Assembly: GCA_002499545.1 (NCBI GenBank)
Contig: DAME01000002.1
Location: 5,029 to 69,028 of the forward strand
Direction of reading: 5' to 3'
Length of the DNA: 64,000 nucleotides
Source of the DNA: Euryarchaeota archaeon UBA88
Lineage (GTDB): Archaea; Thermoplasmatota; Poseidoniia; Poseidoniales; Poseidoniaceae
Shown here piece after piece: positions 9,261-18,600 of the stretch (the stretch's first letter is position 1; every line of letters begins with the position of its first letter). The notes under the pieces are model-generated. The model saw nothing but the letters and a program-made list of their open reading frames with translations. It was not told the origin of the DNA and did no database searches. A program made the position numbers and the translations under genes.

Positions 9261-10306
9261 TCTCCACCCTCCTTTTGACGTTTGAGAAGGCGCCGAACGT
9301 CTTCTTTACGACCAAGGGCACCGTACAACTCTACTGCTTTGGAGAGACGTCCTTCATCTTCTGCAGTCTGAGCGCGGGCAAACAGAGCACGTCGTTCATC
9401 CCAATTCTTAGCAAGGGCTGCTTCTGCAGCCGCCTTGTAACGCCCTTGACGTTCAGCTTGTGCAAGGTGAGGCGCAGACCATCGTCGAATCAAACCTTCT
9501 CGGGTTGCAGTTACCATCGTATCTGGCGTCAATCCAATGAGAATATCTCCGAGGTCCATAGCAGAACCAAGAATGTTAGAACCATCGTTTTGAGTCGTTG
9601 ATGACAAATGGTGCAAATGCCCTTCAATACCTAATACCCACCAACCGTCAGCACTTCGAATACCTTCCATCGGTTCAAGTGATTCGTATTCGATTCGTTC
9701 AAGTGAATCCCATCCAAACGGATGCGGTACGCCTTCCCAGATTCCACCATCACTCGACTGCATTAAGATACGTCCATCCATCATTGGCGTTACCCAACTC
9801 CATACGCGGTCTTCAAGGCAGCGCTTTTGGTCAGTTTGTGCTAATCGAGCACACCACAACTTGCCATCAGAGGCCTGCCACATCATGTGTTCACGGTCGA
9901 GCCAACCGAGCAATCGACGCACCTTGCCGCTGTCGAGCCGACGAAGGCCTGTTCCTTCGTGTGTAAACAGATGGAGGTGCCCTTGGCGCCCAGACAGAAT
10001 CCAGCCGCCACCAGGTCGTGCAAGGAGCTCGGTGAACCCACCGGGTGTAGACCTCCCCTCATGCAACATGCTCCCGTCAACAGTCGAAAGGACGTAGAAG
10101 CCGTGAGCAGCGAGAATACCGAGAACGCCATTGTTTGCTTGAGCGTAATGCGCTTTGAACGGGAGTTCGACCTTCCAGCGGATTGAACCATCTGCTTCGA
10201 TGAAAATAAGCGAAAGCCCACTGCTCACAACCATGCCACCCTCTACAGGAGCCAATGCTGCGATTCGCTGAGGGGCTTGCCACGACCACGTAATCGTCCA
10301 CGACAT
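9257..10306 (-). CDS. Cytoplasmic beta-propeller-like (PQQ/WD-like repeat) protein with a helical C-terminal tail
   Basis: Repeated short strand-turn units (ADGSIRWKV, VDGSMLH, SDGKLWCA, SDGGIWEG, ADGWWVLG), then an Ala/Arg/Glu-rich helical tail. No signal peptide. The ATG shares one nt with the upstream stop (TGATG). Confidence 0.5.
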   Translation of the reverse strand: MSWTITWSWQAPQRIAALAPVEGGMVVSSGLSLIFIEADGSIRWKVELPFKAHYAQANNGVLGILAAHGFYVLSTVDGSMLHEGRSTPGGFTELLARPGGGWILSGRQGHLHLFTHEGTGLRRLDSGKVRRLLGWLDREHMMWQASDGKLWCARLAQTDQKRCLEDRVWSWVTPMMDGRILMQSSDGGIWEGVPHPFGWDSLERIEYESLEPMEGIRSADGWWVLGIEGHLHHLSSTTQNDGSNILGSAMDLGDILIGLTPDTMVTATREGLIRRWSAPHLAQAERQGRYKAAAEAALAKNWDERRALFARAQTAEDEGRLSKAVELYGALGRKEDVRRLLKRQKEGGE

Positions 10307-12186
10307 CACGCCTCACCTCCAAGAACGTTCCAGGCCATCAATTGGGCGCGAGCGGCTTGTGTAAGGTCGAAATAGCGATTCCTACCGACGCTACGCACAC
10401 TGAGGATCCCAAACTTAAGTAAGCGATTGCTTATTTGTGAAAGTCTGGCTCTCTTGACGTTGAGTTGTCGAAGTAATTCTTTGTCAGATGGAGAGTATGT
10501 TCTATCGTTTGCAACTGAAATAACGGCCATTTCATGGCTGCTCAATGCAGAAAGAACGTGCGCATTGAAGGCATAATCTTGCTTGCGGCCTTGTTTCTTG
10601 GTTTGCATTCGCTCCAACGCCTCAACAATGTGCCTTCGCTGAGATGCTACATCACCGTCAATTGGCGTCAATAAAGCGAGATGAAGAGCTTTCATCACGG
10701 GTACAATGTCGGCAAGGCCATCAAGAATCTCGTGTGAAAGGGCAGGTTGCTCATCGACGGTTTCTGCTTCATAGTATTCAATCGGTTCTTCGAACGAGGA
10801 ATCTATCGCTTGGTGTTCTGGTTCGATGATAGGCAAACCAATGTCATCATGCAGCAGCACCGCGGATTCCTCTTCTGGAATCTCTTGTGGCACCTCTGGT
10901 TGGTGCAACGAAGCATCCTCCCACATCGAGTATGCTTCGGAAGCCTCAACCAAATTACCTTCTGGTTGTGGTTGAGTATCCTCCGTTTTGGCATCTGCCA
11001 ATGAGCGATTTCGCTCGAACAAACCCGTCCAACCTGTCGGAATAGATGCATCAAGTGGAGGTCTGGAAGCCGGTTCACTCAATTCAGAAGGAACGGCATT
11101 GAACCCTTCAGGAATCGTCTCCAGTTCTTTCAGTTCTTCTTGAAGCGACTGTTCTTGATCCAATTGTTCAAGATCCAAATCAAAGAAATTCGTAACTTCC
11201 TCGATGCTTTCCATGACTTTAGCGTCAATTTCCTCGTGCTCTGACTCCGAAGAAAGTGAGGATGGATCGACTTCTTCCAAAACAGAACCGTCCGACAGAG
11301 AAGCATCATCGGGAATCGAAAACATATCCATTCCAGTCGAGAGGGGCTCAATGCGCCCCTCATGGGATTCAGGTTCAATCGAATCAGGAGAGGTGTAGGA
11401 CGGTTCGATATAGGTGTACTTCGACATGTTTGAGCGGTCAATTGAGTCACGCATGAGCCGAATGACTGCTGCTGGAAGGCCGTGGGTTTTCTCATGCAGG
11501 TATTCAGCATCCTGGACTGAAAAGGAGAACTGCTCCCCGGTTGCCTGTTCAATACGCCGTTCGACCAACAGTTGAACTTCGTCGACTGAAAGGTTGGCGA
11601 GAGGCTCCAATTGGTCAAGCTGCTGAACAATGGAATCGTGCAGCAGGGCTTTGTCCTTGGATTCAAGTACCACAACAACCAGTGCCTGAAGCCGTTCAAG
11701 AGTTGGAAGGGTTTCACGCAGTGCCACGTTGAGAGCACCAATGTCAAGCGTCGAAGCATCAATCACGATGAGTGGAAGGGCGTTTCGATACGATTGAGCC
11801 GCTTCAAGAATTTTCTGAGTCAGCTTTGAACGCCCTGCGGGGGCATCTGAACTTATGAACGAAGAATAGATGCCTTTGAGGAGGCTTTCTCCGGCATTGT
11901 TTGGCGAAATATGATCGATGTACACCGAATGAGGGGCTTGTTTAGCGACGCATCGAAGCAAGGATGTCCGGCCAGAACCGTGCTCGCCGACCAGCAAAAT
12001 TCTGCGTGAAGAGCGGAAACGGAGGTACTGCGAGAGCATGTCTTCCAAATGATGTCGACCAACCAGCAAGTTGGAATTGCTGGCTTCGACTGGGCGAGTG
12101 GAGAAGGGGTTCGTCCTCAACGAAGGTAGGTGCATTTCCTTTCCGTCTATTCGCATGAGGCGAGCAAATACGTGTTGGTATTTCAT
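10306..12186 (-). CDS. Divergent Orc1/Cdc6-like AAA+ ATPase with a long acidic insert and a C-terminal winged helix
   Basis: NPFSTRPVE...LVGRHHLEDML lead-in, Walker A GEHGSGRTS, Walker B PLIVIDAS. An acidic D/E/S/P-rich segment of about 230 aa follows, then a C-terminal wHTH (LSQISNRLLKFGILSVRSVGRNRYFDLT). The start is uncertain: ATG at 12186 or 12135; the ORF opens at TTG 12213. Confidence 0.6.
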   Translation of the reverse strand: MKYQHVFARLMRIDGKEMHLPSLRTNPFSTRPVEASNSNLLVGRHHLEDMLSQYLRFRSSRRILLVGEHGSGRTSLLRCVAKQAPHSVYIDHISPNNAGESLLKGIYSSFISSDAPAGRSKLTQKILEAAQSYRNALPLIVIDASTLDIGALNVALRETLPTLERLQALVVVVLESKDKALLHDSIVQQLDQLEPLANLSVDEVQLLVERRIEQATGEQFSFSVQDAEYLHEKTHGLPAAVIRLMRDSIDRSNMSKYTYIEPSYTSPDSIEPESHEGRIEPLSTGMDMFSIPDDASLSDGSVLEEVDPSSLSSESEHEEIDAKVMESIEEVTNFFDLDLEQLDQEQSLQEELKELETIPEGFNAVPSELSEPASRPPLDASIPTGWTGLFERNRSLADAKTEDTQPQPEGNLVEASEAYSMWEDASLHQPEVPQEIPEEESAVLLHDDIGLPIIEPEHQAIDSSFEEPIEYYEAETVDEQPALSHEILDGLADIVPVMKALHLALLTPIDGDVASQRRHIVEALERMQTKKQGRKQDYAFNAHVLSALSSHEMAVISVANDRTYSPSDKELLRQLNVKRARLSQISNRLLKFGILSVRSVGRNRYFDLTQAARAQLMAWNVLGGEA

Positions 12187-12215
12187 CTTTGAGCAAAAGT
12201 TGAGGTCTATCAAAG

Positions 12216-12320
12216 CCGTTAGAATACGTTAATACCGTAGCCAGTGCTGAAAAATCGTGCTGATTAACGCTTTGATAACGCAATTATAACGCGTTAAGCG
12301 AAGCGTTAAATCCGTTAATG
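12216..12320. promoter_or_regulatory. Array of about 8 CGTTA(A) motifs in a divergent intergenic region, with a central perfect palindrome TAACGCGTTA; candidate operator array or origin-recognition-like element
   Basis: Forward copies start at 12216 (CCGTTAG), 12226, 12291, 12303 and 12312. Reverse copies (TAACGC) start at 12264, 12275 and 12286 with 11-bp phasing. The palindrome spans 12287-12296. Confidence 0.5.
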
Positions 12321-12367
12321 ATGGCGATTTCTAGAGAAGAGCCTGTCCAGCAGTTGCCGATTGATTG

Positions 12368-13711
12368 ATGTCCTTCCACCACGTGGCATCAACCGGACGT
12401 GTGGAGATGCCGGTCGAAAACAGTCGTTTGAGTGGATTTTTTCGCCACAGCGTTGCAGAAAGGCGTCAAATCGTTGCAGAAATGACGCAGCTTAGCCAGC
12501 AACAAATCGAGGCACTGGAAGCTTGCGGGGCGTTGAAAGAAGATGCTGCAGACAGGATGATTGAAAACGTCATTGGAACCATGTCATTGCCCGTAGGCGT
12601 AGCGACAAATTTCGTCATCGATGGAAAGCACTACCTCATCCCGTTCTGTTTAGAAGAATCTAGTGTGGTTGCCGCTGCATCAAACATGGCGAAGCGGTGC
12701 CTCGTCCACGGCGGATTTACCACGAATTCTGATGCACCACTGATGATCGCTCAGTTGCAAATCCTCGATTGCGATGATTTTGAACAGGCTGAACGCTCTC
12801 TTGCTACAGCCAGTGATGAATTGATGGCTTTGTGCAACAGTTTACCTTCAACAATGATACGGCTTGGTGGTGGATGCAAGCGTACTGAGACTCGAATTAT
12901 CCATTCGATGAGTGGACCGATGCTTGTCTTGCACATCGTCGTTGATTGCCGAGATGCAATGGGAGCGAATGCCGTTAACACTATGGCGGAACTCATCGCC
13001 CCCCGAGTCGAAGAAATAACTCGAGGAAGAGTTCACCTGCGGATTCTTTCAAACCTCGCATCCTATCGATTAGCACGGGTCAAAGCAACCTTCACCCCCG
13101 AAGAAATCTCCGAGGACGGAACGGCTGAAAACGGTCACAATGTTATCAAGGGCATCATCGAAGCACAACACTTTGCCATGGCAGACCCCTTCCGTGCTGC
13201 AACCCACAACAAGGGCGTGATGAATGCCATCAGCAGTGTTGCACTCGCATGCGGTCAAGATTGGCGTGCAATCGAAGCCGGTTGCCATGCATGGGCTGCC
13301 TACAGCAACGGGACCTACGGCTCAATGACGCAGTGGGTGCAAGACTCGGAGGGGAACTTAGTCGGGTCTATTGAGACACCGATGGCCGTTGGCACGGTTG
13401 GAGGCGCCTCTAAGGTGCATCCAGTCGCTCAGGCTAACCTTGCCATACTTGGCGTTGAATCGGCCCAGGAATTGGCTGGAATCATTGCTGCTGCAGGACT
13501 TTCCCAAAACCTCGGAGCACTGCGTGCTTTATCTACCAACGGTATTCAGGCAGGTCACATGAAACTGCACGCTCGAAACATGGCTGTCACCGCTGGAGCA
13601 GAAGGAGATGAAATCGAAGTGATAGCTGCTCGTCTACATTCAGCAACGGGGCCAAAAACGCAAACCTTGGTCAACGAATTACTGCGGGCATTGCGCGAAG
13701 AGCGAACGTGA
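12368..13711 (+). CDS. hmgA: HMG-CoA reductase, class II type
   Basis: ENVIGTMSLPVGVATNFVIDGKHYLIPFCLEESSVVAAASNMAKR and DAMGANAVNTMAE match the class II (Pseudomonas mevalonii-like) pattern. Alternative start at ATG 12407 (MPVENSRLSGF). Confidence 0.9.
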   Translation: MSFHHVASTGRVEMPVENSRLSGFFRHSVAERRQIVAEMTQLSQQQIEALEACGALKEDAADRMIENVIGTMSLPVGVATNFVIDGKHYLIPFCLEESSVVAAASNMAKRCLVHGGFTTNSDAPLMIAQLQILDCDDFEQAERSLATASDELMALCNSLPSTMIRLGGGCKRTETRIIHSMSGPMLVLHIVVDCRDAMGANAVNTMAELIAPRVEEITRGRVHLRILSNLASYRLARVKATFTPEEISEDGTAENGHNVIKGIIEAQHFAMADPFRAATHNKGVMNAISSVALACGQDWRAIEAGCHAWAAYSNGTYGSMTQWVQDSEGNLVGSIETPMAVGTVGGASKVHPVAQANLAILGVESAQELAGIIAAAGLSQNLGALRALSTNGIQAGHMKLHARNMAVTAGAEGDEIEVIAARLHSATGPKTQTLVNELLRALREERT

Positions 13712-13714
13712 CGT

Positions 13715-14326
13715 TCATTCCTCTTCACCGAGTGGCAGCGTTGACTGAATAAAGCCGTCAACTTCACTCTCTTCTTTGAGGACCATCGCGTCTTCCATAC
13801 CGTCAAACAAACCTGTGGTTTTGACCTGTTCTCTGAACCATTGCTTGACCTTTTTACGGTCGGTATAAGGGCAACCAAAGGTTTCCGAGAACCGACGGGT
13901 TGTTGATAGACGGCGGGTATTGCCATCCTTTCTGCGGTCAACCATCCCATGTTGTGCTAATTCACGAACATAATCGTAGGCCTTCTGTCCGAGAAGTTCA
14001 ACCAAACGTGCTTGGGGCATGGGTTGATGGTAGGCAATAAGGGCTGCTGCTTTGAGCAATTTTTGAGGAATCTCGGTCTTGGTTGCCTTGGGCAGGTGCC
14101 CTGCAATATCTGGCTTGACTTCAATTGCCCAGCGTTCACCGACTTCAGCGACTTGTAATGCACCACCACGTCGGCGTTTCAGCGTTGACCGAAGTGAATA
14201 CAGCGCGTCAAGCATCTCATCTTCATCGTACCCCAATGCCGTTGAAAGTTCTGCAACCGTCATGGACCGACCTGCACCAAACATTGTTGCTTCCAAAAGG
14301 GTATCAATCGGTACTTCGCTCATCAT
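13715..14326 (-). CDS. scpB: Segregation and condensation protein B
   Basis: LEATMFGAGRSMTVAELSTALG and the tandem winged-helix layout. Last gene of smc-scpA-scpB. Confidence 0.8.
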   Translation of the reverse strand: MMSEVPIDTLLEATMFGAGRSMTVAELSTALGYDEDEMLDALYSLRSTLKRRRGGALQVAEVGERWAIEVKPDIAGHLPKATKTEIPQKLLKAAALIAYHQPMPQARLVELLGQKAYDYVRELAQHGMVDRRKDGNTRRLSTTRRFSETFGCPYTDRKKVKQWFREQVKTTGLFDGMEDAMVLKEESEVDGFIQSTLPLGEEE

Positions 14327-14332
14327 AACACC

Positions 14333-15637
14333 TCATTCGACCAACCATTCGTGATCATCGTACGACTGTTCTTGAACCTTGGTCACTTCAACTTCAACCT
14401 CAACTTCTTCGGACATCGATTGTTCTAAATCGAACGCTCGCTTCAATGCAAGTTCCTGCTTACGTTGTGATGCCTCTTCGGCAACTCTCGCCTTTTCAGC
14501 ACGAAGCTTAGCGTGGCGAACAGAACCCGTCTCTTGACTTTGTATACGTTCATTTTCTTCAGAAATCTGACTTTCAATCAAAACTTTCACTTCTTCAAAG
14601 GTCTCAATCTCGGGCCATGAATCCTCTAAGAATATGGTTCCGTCTGGAACTTCATCTTGGGTAATCGAGGCAAAGCCACGATGCGTGAGGAACAATCCTG
14701 CAATGAAAGAGGCTACCTTCGCTTCATCATCGTAGCCTTCTGGAATCTGCCCGAAGTTGTGTTCAAGAATCGGTTTCAACTGTTCCATGACTTCAGTGAC
14801 GGGTACTTTGGAACGAGAAGACGCAAGGCAAGTCGAACGAAGTGCCTGCCAGCAGCGCTTAATATCGCCTTCAAGGTCTTCGTTGTGCATTCGACCACCA
14901 ACATCAGAGAGGTATTCCTTCAACTCTTCAGCATGTGCAATGCGGTTCTCTTCGCGTAATCGGAGAGTTTCAGCGTCATCCGATGCATCCTTGAACGCAG
15001 AAAGTAGTTCGACTAAAGTCACTGGACGACCTTCATCTCTCCTAACGCGGTTTTCAAGCAGCCCCGGGAGCAGTTCGTCCGCCTCCCCTTGTAGGATACT
15101 GCTGGTGAAGTAGAAATCCTCGTCGTTGTAATCCGCTTCCCAGCCAAATCCAAGGTCATCGCCCCAATCTTCATCCTCACCTGAATATTGAATTCGGTCG
15201 AACAGGTCTTCGGCTTGGTGGTGCAACACTTCCCATGAGAGTCGAATCAGTCGACCGCATGCGGGTAAATCAAGCGACGATGCTTCAGATTTCACGCGTG
15301 CGGTGAAAACCTTGAGGAAATTGGAGAGGTCAATGTTCCACGCGTCAAGACCTTCATCACGAACAAGCGAGAGTACGAGAGCAACTGAACGGTCAAAAGG
15401 GTCGACCAACGTTTGATGTTCTGCCTCTTCTCGTTCAGCAATGGCCATAATGCGATCTCCAAACATTGCTGCTTCATCGGATTCCTCTCCAGAAGCGAGA
15501 AGTTGGTCTATGACGTCTTGGCGAAGGAACCACTTGTCCAAGCCGCTCTGTACTTCCACCACGTAATTCACCTCAGAGGTTTTCTTCCTCAACTTCTGCC
15601 TCTTGAACGGTTTGTGCGCTTTCTTCTTCTGATTCAA
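14333..15637 (-). CDS. scpA: Segregation and condensation protein A (kleisin), extended form
   Basis: The ScpA N-terminal motif region is FDRSVALVLSLVRDEGLDAWNIDLSNFLKVF. It sits between smc and scpB. The annotated start overlaps smc by 65 nt; in-frame ATGs further downstream are alternatives. Confidence 0.7.
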   Translation of the reverse strand: MNQKKKAHKPFKRQKLRKKTSEVNYVVEVQSGLDKWFLRQDVIDQLLASGEESDEAAMFGDRIMAIAEREEAEHQTLVDPFDRSVALVLSLVRDEGLDAWNIDLSNFLKVFTARVKSEASSLDLPACGRLIRLSWEVLHHQAEDLFDRIQYSGEDEDWGDDLGFGWEADYNDEDFYFTSSILQGEADELLPGLLENRVRRDEGRPVTLVELLSAFKDASDDAETLRLREENRIAHAEELKEYLSDVGGRMHNEDLEGDIKRCWQALRSTCLASSRSKVPVTEVMEQLKPILEHNFGQIPEGYDDEAKVASFIAGLFLTHRGFASITQDEVPDGTIFLEDSWPEIETFEEVKVLIESQISEENERIQSQETGSVRHAKLRAEKARVAEEASQRKQELALKRAFDLEQSMSEEVEVEVEVTKVQEQSYDDHEWLVE

Positions 15638-18600
15638 TGGCTTGAATCGCCTGGGCTACTTCAGCCCACTCCTCGATGTCTTCAGTCAAGTCAGTTGTAC
15701 GATCAGAAAGACCAGCAAAACCTGATTCGACATCGGGTGATTCCACTTCCTCGGCCTTCATGTGGTTGAGCAGCCCACCCAAACTACTGGGCGTTGGAAG
15801 GGGTTCTGGTACCTCCGGCATTTCATGAGAAGCAGCCGTTGCTTCTTCAATACGGGAATGGTTCTTGGAATTGTCTTTCTCAGCTTCTTCCAGAGCTTGT
15901 TGGCCCAGAGCAATTGCCTTGTCGCGGTCAAAGTCGACGATTCGACGACTGCATCCATCACCACCGTGTGTAATGCCGATATGGTGGTCTGCAAGACGAA
16001 GGGACACTTTGCGCAAAGTGACCATAATGAATTGCGCCCGTTTACTGCGTTCACGACACATGAGTGCAATCCGTTCAGCGTTATACCCATCGAGGTTTTG
16101 GTCGACTTCATCGAAGTAGTAAAACGGACTTGGGTCATAATCTTGGATTGCAAAAATCAGTGCGAGAGCAGCCATCGATTGCTCACCTCCCGACAGTTGA
16201 TGTCGCGTGACTTTTGCAGACTTCCCACGAGGTTGAGCCCACAATTCGAGCCCTCCTTTGAACGGTTCGTCCTTGTTCTCGAGGAAGAGTTCGCCTCGTC
16301 CACCATCACTGAGTGACTTGTAAGCAACCTTGAAGTTCTCATTGACCTTTTCGAGAACCTTAAGCAAGCGCTCCTTGCGTTGCTGTTCGAGTTTCTCAGT
16401 TACGTCAATCAAGTGTTTACGTCGGCTTTGGAGCGTCTTAAAATCGTCTTTCATATCAGCAAGCCGAGCCTCACACGCTGCAAATTGTTCTATCGCCAGC
16501 ATGTTGACTGGTCCGTGGCCGTCGAGTTTCCGTTGTAACGACCGCTCGTTGCGTTCTGCATCTCCAAGGCTTGGGAGGACCGTTCCCTCAGGCGCTGGAT
16601 GGATACCGTTCTCGGTCATTTCGGACATCGTCTCTCGGACGGCATCATCTTTCAAAGCAAGCGTTCGTCCAAGTTCGACAATCATCGTTCGACGAGAGCG
16701 TGCATCGGTTGCCTTTTGCTGGAGGTTGACGTTCAAACTGGTTCGTTCTTCAATCAATTTCAAGCGCTCGTCTTCAAGACCTTGGTTTTCTTCAAGGTAC
16801 TGGGAACGCTCTGCTTCTTTCGCTTCTAAGTCTATAGAATCGGTTGCTATACGTGCTTGGAGCGAGTCAATTCGGTCACTTCGCCCAATTGCATTCGCCT
16901 TAAGCAGTTCAATCCGGGTTGAAACTTCGGTGACTCGGCTTTCAAGAAGTGTTTGATGACTGGCATCGGTATTGAGGGCTGCTTGAGCCTGTGCTTTGAG
17001 ACCTTCAGCCTCGACACGTTTCACTTCAGTGGCATGCAGCCTGTCCTTGAGATGGGCTGGACTCGCATCTTCCAGTGCGATTTGTGCAGTTGAGCGGCTC
17101 TCATTTGCAGCAGCGAGGAGGTTTTGTGCATTGTCGAGGTCGCGAAGTTTTTCAGCACCTTCGATTTCTAATTCACCCAATCGCTTTTCTTGGATGGCAA
17201 CTTCACCAAGTGCTGCTACGTGATTGGCTTTCGCCTGCTTCAATTCTGCCTTCCATTCTTGGTACCGAACAGCATGGTCGCTATCTGAGAGGGCATTGAT
17301 CTTGTTCCGTAACTCGGTTTGCTGACGTCGGGCATCGCGAAGAGCGCCGTTGACGGTGTCTGCCATAAGACGGAATCGTTCTACGTCTGAGGAAAGGGTT
17401 TCAACTTCGCTTGCACCCTGAATGTTGCCTCCAAAGGCAACCTTCATTTTACGCTTTGAACCACCAACCATTGCCCCACCAGCTTCAGTGACGTCACCAC
17501 GAAGCGTGACAAGGCGGACGCCACCCATGTTGGCGCGTGCCGTGGACATGCTGTCCACGATGAGGGTGTTTCGTAAGACAAAACGTACCGCTGTATCGAT
17601 ACGAGGGTCGTAATCGAGTAGGTCGTACGCAAATCCAACGACACCGGATTTACTTGAGACGATGAGTGCTTTTCCAGCTGCTCGTGAATGGGACAGTTTG
17701 TTGAGCGGGAGGAAGGTTGCTCTTCCAGCCTTATGTTCTGCTAGCCACCGAATCGCATTCGCTGCCACTTCATCACTTTCGACAACAACCGAAGTCATCC
17801 CTCCGCCAATAGCTGTAGCAAGCGCATCGGTATGCGAAGAATCTCTGGGAGAACATAATTCTGCAACGGTTCCAATAATGCCGCGCAGTTCGCCACGGTC
17901 TCGGGCGGAGAGGATAGCGGCAGCACCGCCAGCCATGCCTTTAGCCCCAGTCCGGTTTTCCATCTCAGCTTTCGCAATGTTGAGTTTTCGTTCAGTCTCC
18001 CTTAACCGGGTTTCAACAACCTCTGACTCCTCGACCAACTTTGCCTCAGAACGTTGGGCTGCATGGAGTTGCTCTGCTAATTTCTTCCTGTCTTGATCAG
18101 GTGATGTAGCACCGATCTCTTCCCCTTCCAGTTCGAGTTCACCGAGTGCAAGGCGAGCGGATTCGGCTGCTTCTTGAGTAGTCCCCAGTTGCTCGGAAAG
18201 CATCTCTGCTTGAGTTGCCACACGGTTCACTTCGGCCTGAGCAGTGTTCAATTCTTCAATAGCATCCTCGACCTTGGTGATGGATTGGGCCAGTGCACGA
18301 GAGAGTTCTGCATTTGCAGTGCCAGAAGATTCCAACAGAGTTCGAACTTCGTCTTCCTCTTTCTTCGCCTCAGCGAGTTCTGTTTCAGCGGCAGTGAGGT
18401 CGGTACGTGCATTCACCAGGCTTTGCTCAAAATCGGCAAGCGCTGCCTGAGCAGAAATCAGCGATTCGTCAAGCCCAACGCGTTCTTCCTCGTCCTCGAC
18501 ATCTTTTTCCTCGGCTTCATGGATTCGGTCTTTGCTGGTAGCAATTCGTATCTGCAGTTCACTGATTGCAGCAAGTAGACCATTGGAATCTCCACCCATC

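Noticed and set aside
12318-12330. AATGATGG resembling a C box of a C/D-box sRNA
   Set aside because: There is no D box (CTGA) or C'/D' pair at an appropriate distance, and the sequence overlaps the CGTTAA motif array.
16330-16956. 208-aa Ser/Arg-rich ORF on the + strand, and several similar ORFs between 15758 and 19047
   Set aside because: All are antisense to smc. Their low-complexity S/R-rich composition is typical of the reverse frames of Glu/Leu/Ala-rich coiled-coil coding sequence.
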